A DNA stretch of 64,000 nucleotides from an uncultured beta proteobacterium. GTDB taxonomy: Bacteria > Pseudomonadota > Gammaproteobacteria > Burkholderiales > Casimicrobiaceae. The stretch is from positions 28,132-92,131 of the forward strand of contig CAVYID010000010.1 of assembly GCA_963768535.1 (NCBI GenBank), written 5' to 3'. The translations under genes and the position numbers were made by a program. Below are positions 27,942 through 39,423 of the stretch, in pieces. Below the pieces are notes generated by a model that saw only the letters and a program-made list of their open reading frames with translations, did not search any database and was not told the DNA's origin. The stretch's first letter is position 1; every line of letters begins with the position of its first letter.

Positions 27942-29181
27942 TCAGAGCGCGCGGAACACCAGCGTCGCGTTGGTGCCGCCGAAGCCGAACGAGTTCGACA
28001 TCGCGGCGCGGATTTCCATCGGGCGCGCAGTGAGCGGCACGAAATCGAGGTCGCATCTGGGGTCGCGGTCGACGAGGTTGGTCGTCGGGGGCGCCACCTG
28101 GTCGCGGATCGCGAGCACCGAGAAGACCGCCTCGATCCCGCCGGCGCGCGCCGAGCAGGTGACCCGTCATCGACTTGGTCGACGACACCGCGAGCCGGTC
28201 GGCGTGGTCGCCGAAGCAGCGCCGCATGGCCGCGCGTCTCGGCGATGTCGCCGAGCGGCGTCGACGTGCCGTGGGCGTTGATGTACTGGATGTCGTCGAG
28301 GTTCATCTGCGCGTTCTTCAGCGCGTTGGCCATGCTGCGCGCGGCGCCGCGCCCGTCTTCGGGCGGCGCGGTGATGTGGTGCGCATCGGCGCTCATGCCG
28401 AAGCCCGCGAGCTCGCAGTAGATCCGCGCGCCGCGCGCCTTCGCGTGCTCGTACTCCTCGAGCACCAGCACGCCCGCGCCTTCGCCGAGGACGAAGCCGT
28501 CGCGGCCGGCGTCCCAGGGCCGGCTGGCGGTGGCCGGATCGTCGTTGCGGTGCGACAGCGCGCGCGCCGCGCAGAAGCCGCCGACGCCGAGCGGGCTGAC
28601 GGTCGCCTCGGCGCCGCCGGCGACCATCACGTCGGCGTCGCCGTACTCGATCAGCCGCGCGCCTTCGCCGAGGCTGTGGTTCGCCGTCGTGCAGGCGCTG
28701 ACCAGGGCCAGATTCGGCCCCTGGTAGCCGTAGTGGATCGACACGTGGCCCGAGATCATGTTGATGATCGAGCCGGGCACGAAGAACGGCGAGATCTTGC
28801 GCAGGCCGCCCTCGAGGTAGTGCTGCTTGGTCTCCTCGATCATCGGCAGCCCGCCGATGCCCGAGCCGATGCACACGCCGACCCGCTCGCGGTCGCCCGC
28901 GTAGTCGGCGAGGCCGGCGTCGGCGACCGCCTCCATCGTCGCCGCCAGGCCGTAGTGCGTGAACGCGTCGTAGCGGCGCGCCTCCTTCGCCGACAGGTAC
29001 TTGCCGACGTCGAAATCCTTGACCTCGCCGGCGATCCGCGACGGGAACGCCGAGGCGTCGAAGCGGGTGATCGGGCCGATGCCCGAGCGGGCCGCGAGGA
29101 TCGACTCCCAGCCGTCGCCACGCCGATGCCCACGGGCGAGACGATGCCCATCCCGGTGACGACGACGCGGCGTCGGGTCAT
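27942..29181 (-). CDS. fabF: 3-oxoacyl-ACP synthase II; frame broken three times
   Basis: [18 protein letters not shown].., ..[12 protein letters not shown].., [26 protein letters not shown] and the tail [18 protein letters not shown]. Breaks near 29117, 28230 and 28147. Confidence 0.9.
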
Positions 29182-29299
29182 GGCGAGATCGGGTGAAGGG
29201 GAGGAAGTGCCCGGCGAGGAGCGTCGCCGCACGCGGGAATCCGCGGCGCCGCGCCGGCCTGCGCGGCGGATGGGCCGGCCGCCATCGGCCGGGGGAGGA

Positions 29300-29539
29300 T
29301 CACTTCTTGACGTGCGCGGCGATGTAGTCGATCGCCTGCTGGACGGTGGTGATCTTCTCCGCCTCCTCGTCCGGGATCTCGGTCTCGAATTCTTCCTCGA
29401 GTGCCATCACCAGCTCGACGGTGTCGAGCGAGTCGGCGCCAAGATCGTCGACGAACGAGGATTCGTTCTTGATTTCCGCTTCGTTGACGCCGAGCTGCTC
29501 GGCGACGATCTTTCTGACGCGCTGCTCAATGTTTTCCAT
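29300..29539 (-). CDS. acpP: acyl carrier protein
   Basis: [73 protein letters not shown], with the DSLD phosphopantetheine site. Confidence 0.95.
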   Translation of the reverse strand: MENIEQRVRKIVAEQLGVNEAEIKNESSFVDDLGADSLDTVELVMALEEEFETEIPDEEAEKITTVQQAIDYIAAHVKK

Positions 29540-29619
29540 GCTTCTCCTCCCCGATGCGGGAATGATCGATACGAAACTGGCCGATTTTACCAGAATGCCC
29601 GGTGCGGCGGCGCCCGCGA

Positions 29620-30373
29620 TCACGCCATGTACATGCCGCCGTTGACGTGGATCGTCGCCCCGGTGACGTAGCCCGCGCCGGCCGAGGCGAGAAACGCCAC
29701 GACGCTGGCGATGTCCTCCGGCGCGGCCAGCCGGCCGAGCGGAATCTGCTGCAGCAGCTTCTCCCGCTGCGCCTCGGGCAGCGCCCGGGTCATGTCGGTG
29801 TCGACGAATCCCGGCGCCACGCAGTTGACGGTGATGTTGCGGCTGCCCACTTCCTGCGCCAGCGACTTGCGTGAAGCCGATCAGCCCGGCCTTCGCCGCC
29901 GCGTAGTTGGCCTGGCCGGCGTTGCCGCTCGAGCCGACCACCGAGGCGATCTGGATGATCCGGCCGTGGCGCGCCTTCATCATCCCGCGCAGCACGGCCT
30001 TGGCCAGCCGGAAGGCGGGCCTGAGATTGGTCGCCATGATCTCGTCCCACTCGTCGTCCTTCATGCGCACCAGCAGGTTGTCGCGGGTGATGCCGGCGTT
30101 GTTGACGAGGATGGTGACGGCGCCGAAGCGGGCCTCGATGTCGGCGAGCGCCGCGTCGACCGCCGCGGCGTCGGTCACGTCGAGCTGCAGCCCGGTGCCG
30201 CGGTGCCCGCCTTCCTGCAGGCAGCCGGCGATCGCCGCGGCGCCGTCGCCGGTGGTCGCGGTGCCGACGACGGTGGCGCCGTCGCGCGCGAGGGCGACGG
30301 CGATGGCGCGGCCGATGCCGCGCGTCGCCCCGGTGACCAGCGCGACCTGCCCTTCCAGCGTCGACTCAGCCAT
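29620..30373 (-). CDS. fabG: 3-oxoacyl-ACP reductase; frame broken once
   Basis: [23 protein letters not shown] and [11 protein letters not shown] in the first frame, then [18 protein letters not shown]...[13 protein letters not shown] in ORF 29620..29850. Extra base near 29870. Confidence 0.9.
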
Positions 30374-30404
30374 GATCCGCTCCGATGGATTGCGCCGCTG
30401 CGGG

Positions 30405-31348
30405 TCAGCGGCCGGTGACGCCCAGCTCGGCCAGCGCGGCGTCGATGGCCGCGCTGTCGACGAGCGCCAGCGACGCGAGGTCGGGGACGATCCGCTTCGA
30501 CAGCCCCGCGAGCACCTTGCCCGGCCCGCATTCGACCACGTGGGTCACCCCGCGCGCGGCCAGCGCCTGGATCGTCTCCACCCAGCGCACCGGGCTCGCG
30601 GCCTGCTGCGCCAGCGCGGCGCGGATGTCGTCCGGCGCCGGCCGTTCCCGCACGTCGACGTTGTGCAGCACCGGCAGCGCCGGCGCGGCGACCGGCACTT
30701 CGGCGAGGCGCGCGGCGAGACGCGCCGCCGCGGGCTTCAGCAGCGAGCTGTGGAACGGCGCGGACACCGGCAGCAGCACCGCGCGCTTGGCGCCGCGGGC
30801 CTTGGCGGCGGCGCACCGCGCGCTCGACCGCCTCCCGGTGGCCGGCGATGACGACCTGGTTGGGCGCGTTGAAGTTGACGGGCTCGACGCTCTGTCCCTG
30901 CGCGGCGTCGGCGCAGGCGGCGGCCACGCCGGCGTCGTCGAGCCCCAGCACCGCCGCCATGGCGCCCACGCCCGCCGGCACCGCCTCCTGCATCGCCTGC
31001 GCCCGAAAGCGCACCAGCGGCAGCGCGTCGCGGAAGCTGAGCGCGCCGGCGGCGACCAGCGCCGAGTACTCGCCCAGGCTGTGGCCGGCGACCAGCGCCG
31101 GCGCGGCACCCCCGGCGGCCACCCACGCCCGCCAGCACGGCGACGCCCGCGGCGAGCATCACCGGCTGGGTGTTGACCGTCTGGTTGAGCGCGTCCGCGG
31201 GGCCGTCCTCGATCAGCGCCCACAGATCCTGCCCGAGCACGCCGGAGGCCTCGTCGATCGTCGCGCGGACGGCCGGATGCGACGCGTAGTCGGCCAGCAT
31301 GCCCACCGACTGCGAGCCCTGGCCTGGAAACACGAATGCGAACGTCAT
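30405..31348 (-). CDS. fabD: malonyl-CoA:ACP transacylase; frame broken twice
   Basis: [48 protein letters not shown]. Three frames are used, with breaks near 31136 and 30818. Confidence 0.9.
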
Positions 31349-31358
31349 CGCCGTATCC

Positions 31359-32348
31359 TCACCATCGCAAGAAGACCGATCCCCACGTGAAGCCGCCGCC
31401 GACGCCGGCCAGCATCACGTGCTGTCCCGGCCGGATGCGGCCGTCGCGCACCGCCACGTCCAGCGCCAGCGGGATCGACGCGGCCGACGTGTTGGCGTGC
31501 CGGTCGACCGTCGCCACCACCTTCGCCAGCGGCAGGCCGAGCTTGCGCGCCGTCGCGTCCATGATGCGGATGTTGGCCTGGTGCGGGATCAGCCAGTCGA
31601 TCGCATCGGCGGTCATGCCGTTCGCCGCCAGCGCCTCCTGCGCCACCTCGGCCAGCACCTTGACGGCGAACTTGAACACCGCGTGCCCGTCCATCGTCAC
31701 GAACGGCCTGCCCTCGACGACGCCGTTGGCCACACGCCCGGGCACCTCGAGGATCCGGCGGTGGCCGCCGTCGGCGTGCAGGTGCGACGACAGGATGCCC
31801 GGCGTCGGGCTCGGCAGCAGCACGACCGCGCCGGCGCCGTCGCCGAACAGCACGCAGGTGCCGCGGTCGTTCCAGTCGAGGATCCGCGAGTAGACCTCGG
31901 CGCCGACGACCAGCGCGTTGCGCACGGCGCCCGAGGCGACCATCCGGTCGGCAATCGAGAGCGCGTAGACGAAGCCGGAGCACACCGCCTGCACGTCGAA
32001 GGCGGGCCCGCCGGTCGTGCCGAGCTTGTCCTGCAGGATGCACGCGGTCGACGGGAAGATCATGTCGGGCGTGGTCGTCGCGACGATGATGAGGTCGACG
32101 TCCTTCGCCTCGAGCCCGGCCGCGGCGAGCGCCGGTCGCGCGGCGGCCAGCGCCAGGTCGGACGTCTGCTCGTCGTCGGCGGCGACGTGCCGCGCGCGGA
32201 TCCCGGTGCGGTGCGCGATCCACTCGTCGCTGGTGTCGATCCGCAGCGCGAGTTCGGCGTTGGTGACCACCTTCGCCGGCAGGTAGCTGCCGGTACCGGC
32301 GACGCGGCTAAACACCGACGGCTCCGGCCCGGACCGCGGCGACGCCAT
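31359..32348 (-). CDS. fabH: 3-oxoacyl-ACP synthase III
   Basis: Intact [24 protein letters not shown] (active Cys), [20 protein letters not shown]. The true start may be the internal GTG at 32315 (VFSRVAG). Confidence 0.9.
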   Translation of the reverse strand: MASPRSGPEPSVFSRVAGTGSYLPAKVVTNAELALRIDTSDEWIAHRTGIRARHVAADDEQTSDLALAAARPALAAAGLEAKDVDLIIVATTTPDMIFPSTACILQDKLGTTGGPAFDVQAVCSGFVYALSIADRMVASGAVRNALVVGAEVYSRILDWNDRGTCVLFGDGAGAVVLLPSPTPGILSSHLHADGGHRRILEVPGRVANGVVEGRPFVTMDGHAVFKFAVKVLAEVAQEALAANGMTADAIDWLIPHQANIRIMDATARKLGLPLAKVVATVDRHANTSAASIPLALDVAVRDGRIRPGQHVMLAGVGGGFTWGSVFLRW

Positions 32349-33372
32349 TCACGGCCGGCGCCGCCGGCACCGGCATCGCCGCCATCCGCTGCGCGATCTT
32401 GTCGAGCACGCCGTTGGCCACCTCGGCATGGGCCCGTTGGAGCGCGCTTTCGAACGCCAGCTTGTCGGCGCTGCCGTGGCTCTTGACGACGATGCCCTTC
32501 AGCCCGATCAGCGTCGCGCCGTTGTGCCGGCGCGGATCGATGCGCCGCTTGAACGCCTGCAGCACCGGGTAGGCCAGCAGCGCGGCGAGCTTGGTCATCG
32601 GATTGCGCGTGAACTCGGCGCGCAGGAACTCGTAGAGCATCTGCGCGAGGCCTTCCGAGGTCTTCAGCGCGACGTTGCCGACGAAGCCGTCGCAGACGAC
32701 GACGTCGGTGGTGCCCAGGAAGATGTCGGTGCCCTCGACGTTGCCGTGGAAGTTGAGGCCCGACGCCTTGAGCAGCTCCGCGGTCTCCTTGACCATGTCG
32801 TTGCCCTTGATGTCCTCCTCGCCGATGTTGAGCAGGCCGACGGTCGGGCGCTCGACGCCGTCCACCGCCGCGACCAGCGCCACCCCCATCACCGCGAACT
32901 GCACCAGCTGCTCCGGCGTGCAGTTGACGTTGGCGCCGAGGTCGAGCACCGTGACCACGCCCTGCCTGGTGGGCAGCACGCCGGCGATGGCCGGCCGGTC
33001 GACGCCGGGCAGCATCTTCAGCACGAAGCGCGAGATCGCCATCAGCGCGCCGGTGTTGCCGGCGGAGACGCAGGCCTGCGCGGTGCCGTCGCGGACCAGG
33101 TTGACGGCCACCCGCATCGACGAGTCCTTCTTGGTGCGCAGCGCGAGCGCCGGCGGCTCGTGCATCTCGACGATCTCGGACGCCGCGTGGAGAACGAGCC
33201 GGTCCGCGGCGGGCGAGCGCAGCTTCGCCAGCGCCGCGCGCAGCGGCGCGTCCAGCCCGACGGCGATCACCCGCGCATCGGGGGTGCGCTCCAGGAACGT
33301 CAGCGCCGCGGCCAGCGTGACCGAGGGACCGTGGTCCCCGCCCATCGCATCGACGGCTACGGTGACAGGCAT
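32308..33372 (-). CDS. plsX: phosphate acyltransferase PlsX
   Basis: Intact 354-aa [38 protein letters not shown]. Confidence 0.92.
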   Translation of the reverse strand: MPVTVAVDAMGGDHGPSVTLAAALTFLERTPDARVIAVGLDAPLRAALAKLRSPAADRLVLHAASEIVEMHEPPALALRTKKDSSMRVAVNLVRDGTAQACVSAGNTGALMAISRFVLKMLPGVDRPAIAGVLPTRQGVVTVLDLGANVNCTPEQLVQFAVMGVALVAAVDGVERPTVGLLNIGEEDIKGNDMVKETAELLKASGLNFHGNVEGTDIFLGTTDVVVCDGFVGNVALKTSEGLAQMLYEFLRAEFTRNPMTKLAALLAYPVLQAFKRRIDPRRHNGATLIGLKGIVVKSHGSADKLAFESALQRAHAEVANGVLDKIAQRMAAMPVPAAPAVNGVAAVRAGAVGV

Positions 33373-33407
33373 GCGCCGGGCCGCCTGCGCCGCGGGCAGT
33401 GCGCCGC

Positions 33408-33590
33408 CTACTCCTCGGCCTTGGGCTTGACGACCTGCTTGCCGCGATAATAGCCGGTCGGGCTGATGTGATGGCGGCGGTGCGTCTCGCCGGTGACCGG
33501 CTCGACGGCGAGCGCCGGCGCGCTCAGCGAATCGTGCGCGCGGTGCATCCCGCGCTTCGACGGGGATTTCTTGTTCTGCTGGACTGCCAT
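33408..33590 (-). CDS. rpmF: 50S ribosomal protein L32
   Basis: [20 protein letters not shown]... 60 aa, upstream of plsX as in the conserved rpmF-plsX-fab cluster. Confidence 0.95.
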   Translation of the reverse strand: MAVQQNKKSPSKRGMHRAHDSLSAPALAVEPVTGETHRRHHISPTGYYRGKQVVKPKAEE

Positions 33591-33630
33591 GACATTCTCC
33601 TATCGTGGGTACGGCAACAGTGCCTTCGAT

Positions 33631-34185
33631 TCACCGCGGCGCCTTTTTCGTCGGCTCCGCCTTCAATCCCGCCAGTGCCCCGAACGGCGATCGCGCGGCG
33701 GCCTGCGCCTGCTCCTTCAATGCCGCCGGATCGCCCTCGCGCGGCGTGCCGGCGGCCGCGCAGCCCGCCTCCGGACAGCGCGGCACGAAGGGCAGCGTCA
33801 ACAGCACCTCGTCCTCGACCAGCGCCAGCGCCGCGAGCGGGGCATCCGCCAGCACCACTTCGTGCTCGTGATCCTCGTCGTCGAGCCGCGCGAGCTCGCG
33901 CTCGTCACGTGCCAGCAGCACCCGCGTCGTCTGCTCGAACGGCCAGCGAAACGACTGCAGGCAGCGCTGGCAGGTCAGCGGCACCGTGCCCGCCACCGCG
34001 ATTTCGAGCGCCGGGCGCCCGGCGGCGTCGGCGCCGCCGGTGATGCGATAACCGATCTCGGCCGGCGCGCCGTCCGCCGCAAGCAGGTCGGCCACCCGCG
34101 GCATCGCGGCGGCATCCGCGCGACCGGCAACGACGGCACGGTGCGCGGCAACGGCGAAACCGTCGAAGTGGCCTGCTGCTTTCAT
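33631..34185 (-). CDS. yceD: YceD/DUF177 family protein (23S rRNA accumulation protein)
   Basis: 184 aa. CQRCLQSF...LLTLPFVPRCPE motif. Conserved position upstream of rpmF. Confidence 0.85.
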   Translation of the reverse strand: MKAAGHFDGFAVAAHRAVVAGRADAAAMPRVADLLAADGAPAEIGYRITGGADAAGRPALEIAVAGTVPLTCQRCLQSFRWPFEQTTRVLLARDERELARLDDEDHEHEVVLADAPLAALALVEDEVLLTLPFVPRCPEAGCAAAGTPREGDPAALKEQAQAAARSPFGALAGLKAEPTKKAPR

Positions 34186-34350
34186 TGGACGATGCGTGGC
34201 CGGTTTCCGACGTCAGCTGCGGCTCGCGCCGCCGGCCGCGGGCCCGGTTCGGTCACCGTGGCGGTGGCAGGGCAAGCGCATTTCCGCCACGACCGTCCCC
34301 GGTGATTGCAAAACGTTGGATAATACCGCGAACCCGCAATCCTGTCAAAA

Positions 34351-34998
34351 ATGTCCACAAAAACAACATCAAACCCGCCTCCCTCCGAGCCACGCCGGGC
34401 GCCGGGGTCACGACCGCTGGTGCTGGCGTCGACGTCGCGCTATCGCCGGGCGCTGCTGGAGCAGCTGGGGCTGCCGTTCACGGTGGCGACGCCCTCGACC
34501 GACGAGTCGCCGCTGCCGGGCGAGCCGCCCGTGGCGACGGCGCTGCGGCTCGCCGAGGCCAAGGCCCGCAGCGTGGCCGCCGGCCGCCGCGACGCGCTCG
34601 TCATCGGCTCCGACCAGGTCGCCGACTGCGAGGGCCGGGCCGTCGGCAAGCCGGTCGACCACGCGGACGCCGTCGCGCAGCTGACCCGATTGTCCGGCCG
34701 GACGGTGGTGTTCCACACGGGGCTCGCGCTGGTCGATGCCGCCAGCGGCGATTGCCAGACGGCGATGGTGGACGTGACGAGCACGTTCCGCGAGCTTGCG
34801 CCGGCGGAGATCGAGGCCTACCTCGCGCGCGACCGGCCGTACGACTGCGCCGCCTCGGTCAAGTCGGACGCGCTCGGCATCGCCTTGTTCGTGCGCATCG
34901 AAAGCGACGATCCGAGCGCGCTGGTCGGCCTGCCGCTGATCCGGCTCACCGACATGCTGCGCGCCGCGGGCGTGACGATACTCGCCCCGCCCGCCTGA
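34351..34998 (+). CDS. maf: Maf-like nucleoside-triphosphate pyrophosphatase
   Basis: LVLASTSRYRRALLEQLGLPF, VIGSDQV, YDCAASVKSDALGIALF. Confidence 0.85.
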   Translation: MSTKTTSNPPPSEPRRAPGSRPLVLASTSRYRRALLEQLGLPFTVATPSTDESPLPGEPPVATALRLAEAKARSVAAGRRDALVIGSDQVADCEGRAVGKPVDHADAVAQLTRLSGRTVVFHTGLALVDAASGDCQTAMVDVTSTFRELAPAEIEAYLARDRPYDCAASVKSDALGIALFVRIESDDPSALVGLPLIRLTDMLRAAGVTILAPPA

Positions 34999-35007
34999 CG
35001 CGACGCC

Positions 35008-35752
35008 ATGCCCACGCCGCCTTCCCGCGCGGGCGCGCCGTCGCCCGGTCGCCTGTACCTGGTGCCGAACCTGCTGGGGATCGTGCCGCCGGAGGACGTG
35101 CTGCCGGCACGAACGCTCGCCGTCGCGCGGCGGCTCGGGCATTTCGTCGTCGAGAACGCCAAGCCGGCGCGGCTGTTCCTGAAGACGCTGGGCGCCGCGT
35201 GCCCGCTGCAGCAGCTCGCCATCGCCGAGCTCGGCGAGCGCCCGACGCCGCAGCGCTGCGCCGAGTTGCTGGGGCCGGCACGCGCTGGCGCGGATCTGGG
35301 CCTGCTCTCCGATGCGGGCTGCCCGGGCGTCGCCGATCCCGGGGCACTGCTCGTTGCCGCCGCGCACCGCGAAGGGATCGTCGTCGTGCCGCTGGTCGGG
35401 CCGTCGGCGATCCTGCTGGCGCTGATGGCCTCGGGGATGAACGGCCAGGGCTTCGCGTTCCACGGCTATCTGCCGGTCAAGGCCGGACGCGCGCGGCGAC
35501 GCGATCCGGCGGCTCGAGGCGGCGTCGCAGCGCGACGGCTCGGCGCAGCTGTTCATCGAGACGCCCTATCGCAACGCCGCGCTGATCACCGCGCTGGTCG
35601 CGACCTGCCGGCCCGGCACGCGGCTGTGCGTCGCGGCCGACCTGACCACCGCCACCGAGTCCGTCGAGTCGCGCGAGATCCGCGCCTGGCGGGGCCGCGA
35701 TCCCGGCGCCTACGCGCGGCGGCCGGCGATGTACGTGCTGCAGGCGTCGTGA
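35008..35752 (+). CDS. SAM-dependent methyltransferase of the tetrapyrrole-methylase (RsmI-like) superfamily; frame broken once
   Basis: RLYLVPNLLG, LLSDAGCPGVADPG, VPLVGPSAILLALMASGMNGQGFAFHGYLP, then (after an extra base near 35485) QLFIETPYRNAALI...RPAMYVLQAS*. Confidence 0.7.
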
Positions 35753-35779
35753 CGGCGACCGCGGCAGGCGTGATATTTC

Positions 35780-35864
35780 GTAGCCCGGGTTGAGCGCAGC
35801 GAAACCCGGGGGTTGCGGCGATGGCCACTTCCCCCCGGGTTTCGCTGCGCTCAACCCGGGCTAC
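35780..35864. repeat. REP-like inverted-repeat element, copy 1
   Basis: Arms gtagcccgggttgagcgcagcgaaacccggggg (35780-35812) and cccccgggtttcgctgcgctcaacccgggctac (35832-35864) with a 19-bp spacer, in a convergent intergenic region. Confidence 0.75.
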
Positions 35865-35907
35865 GCTCAATCCTGGCTACGGTACGACGATGCGGTGACG
35901 GCAAATG

Positions 35908-36342
35908 TTATGTACGGTCGTCGCTGATGTAGCTCTTGAGCATCCGGTTCTCGAAGATCTGCTCCTCGTACACCGCCTTGGCGACGTCGTGGAACGAGAT
36001 CACGCCCAGCAGAGTGGCGCCGTCCAGCACCGGGACGTAGCGGGCATGGCGCTCCAGCATTATCCGTCGCAGCTCCGTGACGTCGAGGCCGGGCGTCGCG
36101 GCCAGCGGCTGGGGCTCGGCGATGGCGCCGATGCGCAGGTCCCCCAGCGCCCCGCTGCGCTCGGAAAGCGCCTGCAGCACCTCGGCGAAGGTCACCAATC
36201 CCACCATCCGGCCGCGATCCATCACCACCAGCGAGCCGATGTCGTGCTGCGCCATGACCCGCACCGCGTCGAGCACCGGTGCGTCCGGCGACGTCGTGAA
36301 CAGCGCGTTGCCCTTGATGCGCAGGATTTCGCTGACGAGCAT
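35908..36342 (-). CDS. CBS-domain pair protein
   Basis: 144 aa, two CBS repeats (VMAQHDIGSLVVMDRGRMVGLVTFAEV; MLERHARYVPVLDGATLLGVISFHDV). Confidence 0.8.
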   Translation of the reverse strand: MLVSEILRIKGNALFTTSPDAPVLDAVRVMAQHDIGSLVVMDRGRMVGLVTFAEVLQALSERSGALGDLRIGAIAEPQPLAATPGLDVTELRRIMLERHARYVPVLDGATLLGVISFHDVAKAVYEEQIFENRMLKSYISDDRT

Positions 36343-36489
36343 CGTGGCCTCCTTGTGCGCGACGCGCGCGGCGACGTTGGTCTGCCGGCGCAGGGTACTC
36401 CCCCGCGCCGGCCGATGGCAATGGGCAGGTCCGGCGGCCGCCCCCGGGGCGCGCGAAGGCCTCGACGCAGGGGCGCGGGGCGCCGGCGG

Positions 36490-36675
36490 TCAGGAGTCGG
36501 GGTCGTCCTTCTCGCGCACGACCTCGATGAAGTTGTAGACCATCGCGGCGACGCCGATCAGGATGACGATGATCATCGCCGGATCCTTCAGCTTGATGAC
36601 CGGCGGTGCGAAGAACGCCAGCGCCATGATCAGGGCGATGAGGCCCATCACGATCTTTCCGGTTTTCGATTGCAT
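36490..36675 (-). CDS. 61-aa small membrane protein
   Basis: MQSKTGKIVMGLIALIMALAFFAPPVIKLKDPAMIIVILIGVAAMVYNFIEVVREKDDPDS. Two hydrophobic helices with codon usage typical of the neighbourhood. Confidence 0.5.
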   Translation of the reverse strand: MQSKTGKIVMGLIALIMALAFFAPPVIKLKDPAMIIVILIGVAAMVYNFIEVVREKDDPDS

Positions 36676-36690
36676 CGGTCGCCTCCGTTC

Positions 36691-38058
36691 TCAGCTCGCG
36701 CCGCGCTCCTGCGCCTGCGCCCAGTCCACGAGCCAGCGCGCGGTGCGCAGCAGCCGCGCATCGTCGCCGCGGCGCCCGACGAGCTGGATCCCCATCGGCA
36801 TCCCGTTGTCCGCGCTCAGCAGCGGCAGCGTCACCGCCGGCATGCCGGCAAAGGTCCACAGCGTGCAGAACGCCGGGCTGCCCGTCGACTCGAGGCCGTG
36901 CGGCGCCGGGCCTGCCGTCGCCGCGGTGAGGATCGCGTCGCAACGGTCGAACAGCTCGTCGAACGCGAGCCCCACCGCGCGGATCCTGCGCGACCGCGTT
37001 GTTGTAGTCGACGGCCGTCACCCGCCGCCCGCGCTCGAGCTGGCCCGCGCAGCGACTCGCTCAGCCGGTCGCGACCGCGCTCGTAGAGCTCGTGGTAAGT
37101 TGCGGGCGAGATCGGCCTCCATGATCGTGGCGTGCCATTGCCACGCGTCGTGGAAGACCGACGGCACCTCGAAGGCGAACGACTGCTCGCCCAGCGCCTG
37201 CCCGACCTCGTCGAAGGCGAGCCGCATCTGCTCCTCGGCGTCGTCCCAGTTCGGCGTCTTCGTGAACGCGAACACCGGCGGCAGCGGCGGCTCCTGCAGC
37301 GCCACCGCGCGCAGGTCCGGCCTGCGCGATCGGCCTCGTGTCCGGATCGCGCTCGTCGTATCCCATCAGCGGCTCGGCGATGATCGCGAGGTCCTCGACC
37401 GTGCGCGCGATGAAGCCCACCTGATCCAGCGGCCGCGATTGCTCGAGGATGCCGTGGCGCGGCACCAGGCCGAAGGTCGGCTTGTAGCCGTAGACGCCGC
37501 AATAGGCCGCGGGGCGGATCACGCTGCCGTTGGTCTGCGTGCCGAGCGCCACCGGGACCATGTGCGCCGCGACCGCGGCCGCCGATCCGCTCGACGAGCC
37601 GCCCGGCGTGTGCTCCGGGATTGTGCGGATTGCGCGTCTTTCCCGGTGCGTAGGTGGCGAGCTCCGTGCGTGACCGTCTTGCCGAGGATGATCGCGCCCG
37701 CCGAGCGCAGCCGCTCGACGACCGTCGCGTCGAAATCCGGGCGCCGTCCCGCGTGCAGCACGGTGCCGTCCTCGGTCGGCATGTCCGCGGTGTCGATGAT
37801 GTCCTTGACGCCCACGGGCAGCCCGTGCAGCGGGCCCAGCGCGTGGCCCTCGCGGCGCACGCGGTCGACGTTGCGGGCCTGGTCCAGCGCGCGCTCGTCG
37901 TCGACGAAAGCCCAGGCCTGCACGCGCGGCTCGTCGGCGCGGATCCGCGCCAGGCACCCCTGGACGAGCTCTTCGGCGCTGGTGCGGCCCTCGCGCAGCG
38001 CGGCGAGCGCCTGCGCCGCGGTGAGCGAGGTGATGTCGACGAGATCGTCAGCCTTCAC
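36691..38058 (-). CDS. amidase (amidase-signature family); reading frame broken six times
   Basis: GTG start VKADDLVDITS.., LHGLPVGVKDIIDTADMPT, GGSSSGSAAAVAAHMVPVALGTQTNGSVIRPAAYCGVYGYKPTFG, and the tail FAGMPAVTLPLL...GIQLVGRRGDDARLL. The pieces are spread over ORFs 37519..38058, 37061..37957, 37018..37305, 36831..37502 and 36691..36975. Extra bases near 37665, 37616, 37319, 37098, 37046 and 36986. Confidence 0.8.
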
Positions 38059-38073
38059 GCCGCGTCCTCTGCG

Positions 38074-39423
38074 TCAGTTGCCGTAGAACACGTTCGGCAG
38101 CCAGTAGACGAGCTGCGGAAACACGTAGACCAGGAACATCGTCACGAACACCATGGTCGAGGAACGGGAAGCAGCCGCGGAAGATCGTCCACAGCTGCAC
38201 GTAGGGCGGGGCGATGCCCTTCAGGTAGTACGCCGACATCGCCATCGGCGGCGAGAGGAACGAGGTCTGCAGGTTGAGCGCCACCAGGATCCCGAAGAAC
38301 AGCGGATCGACGCCGAAGTGGGGCAGCAGCGGCAGGAAGATCGGGACGAAGATGATGATGATCTCGCTCCACTCCAGCGGCCAGCCGAGCAGGAAGATGA
38401 TGACCTGCGACAGCAGCAGGAAGGTGATCGGCGTCAGATTGCATCGCCGAGCACGAAATCCTTGATCAGGCTTTCGCCGCCGAGATAGGAAAAGATCGAC
38501 GAGAAGGTCCACGAGCCGACGAACAGCCAGCAGACCATCGCCGAGGTGCGCGCGGTGAGGAACACGGCCTCCTTGAGCCGCCCCCAGCTGAACGCCCGGT
38601 AGCCGATGGCGAGCAGCATCGCGCCCAGCGCGCCGATCGCGGCGGCCTCGCTCGGGGTGGCGAGCCCGAACAGGATCGCGCCGAGCACCGACATGATCAG
38701 CACGGCGAGCGGGAAGAACGCCTGCAGCAGCAGCAGGACCACCTTGGCCCAGGGGACGTCGGTCTCTTCCTTGGGCAGCTTGGGCGCGAGCTTCGGGTTG
38801 ATCGCCGTGCGCGTGATCACGTAGGCCACGTACAGGCTGGCGAGCAGGAAGCCGGGAATGATCGCCGCCGCATACAGCTTGACCACGGACACCGCCGAGG
38901 TCGCGCCGTAGACGATCAGCATGATCGACGGCGGGATCAGGATGCCCAGCGTGCCGCCGGCGCAGATCACGCCGGAGGACAGCTTCTGGTCGTAGCCGGC
39001 CTTGAGCATCGCCGGGAACGCGAGCAGGCCCATCAGCGTCACCACCGCGCCGACGATGCCCGTCGCGGTCGCGAACAGCGCGCAGGTGATCAGCGCCGCG
39101 ACCGCCATCGCGCCGGGAATCGCCCGGAGCGCGACCTGCAGGCTGTAGAACAGGCGGTCGAGGATGTTCGATCTCTCTATCATGTAGCCCATGAACAGGA
39201 ACAGCGGCACCGCCGTCAGCACGTCGTTGTTCATGATGCTGAAGGTGTTCTGCGACAGCAGGTAGAACACCCGGCTGTCGAAGAACTCCTGCCCGGGCAC
39301 GTAGTAGGCGTAGTAGCCGAACATGACCCCCATCGCCATCAGCGTGAACGCGATGGGGAACCCCAGCAGGATGATGAAGATGAAGCTGCCCAGCATCAGC
39401 AGCGCGAGCTCGGGATTGGTCAT
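38074..39423 (-). CDS. TRAP transporter large permease subunit; frame broken at two sites
   Basis: ORF 38434..39423 carries the N-terminal 329 aa. LTPITFLLLSQVIIFLLGWPLEWSEIIIIFVPIFLPLL follows in ORF 38048..39454. The last 30 aa (TMVFVTMFLVYVFPQLVYWLPNVFYGN*) are in the third frame. Breaks near 38441-38446 and 38158. Confidence 0.85.

Noticed and set aside
35586-35870. Small ORFs overlapping the REP elements (35586..35870, 50112..50300, and the start of 53671..55431) giving PGLR/SETRG peptides
   Set aside because: They are translations of the palindromic repeat arms. The same peptides recur wherever the repeat occurs.
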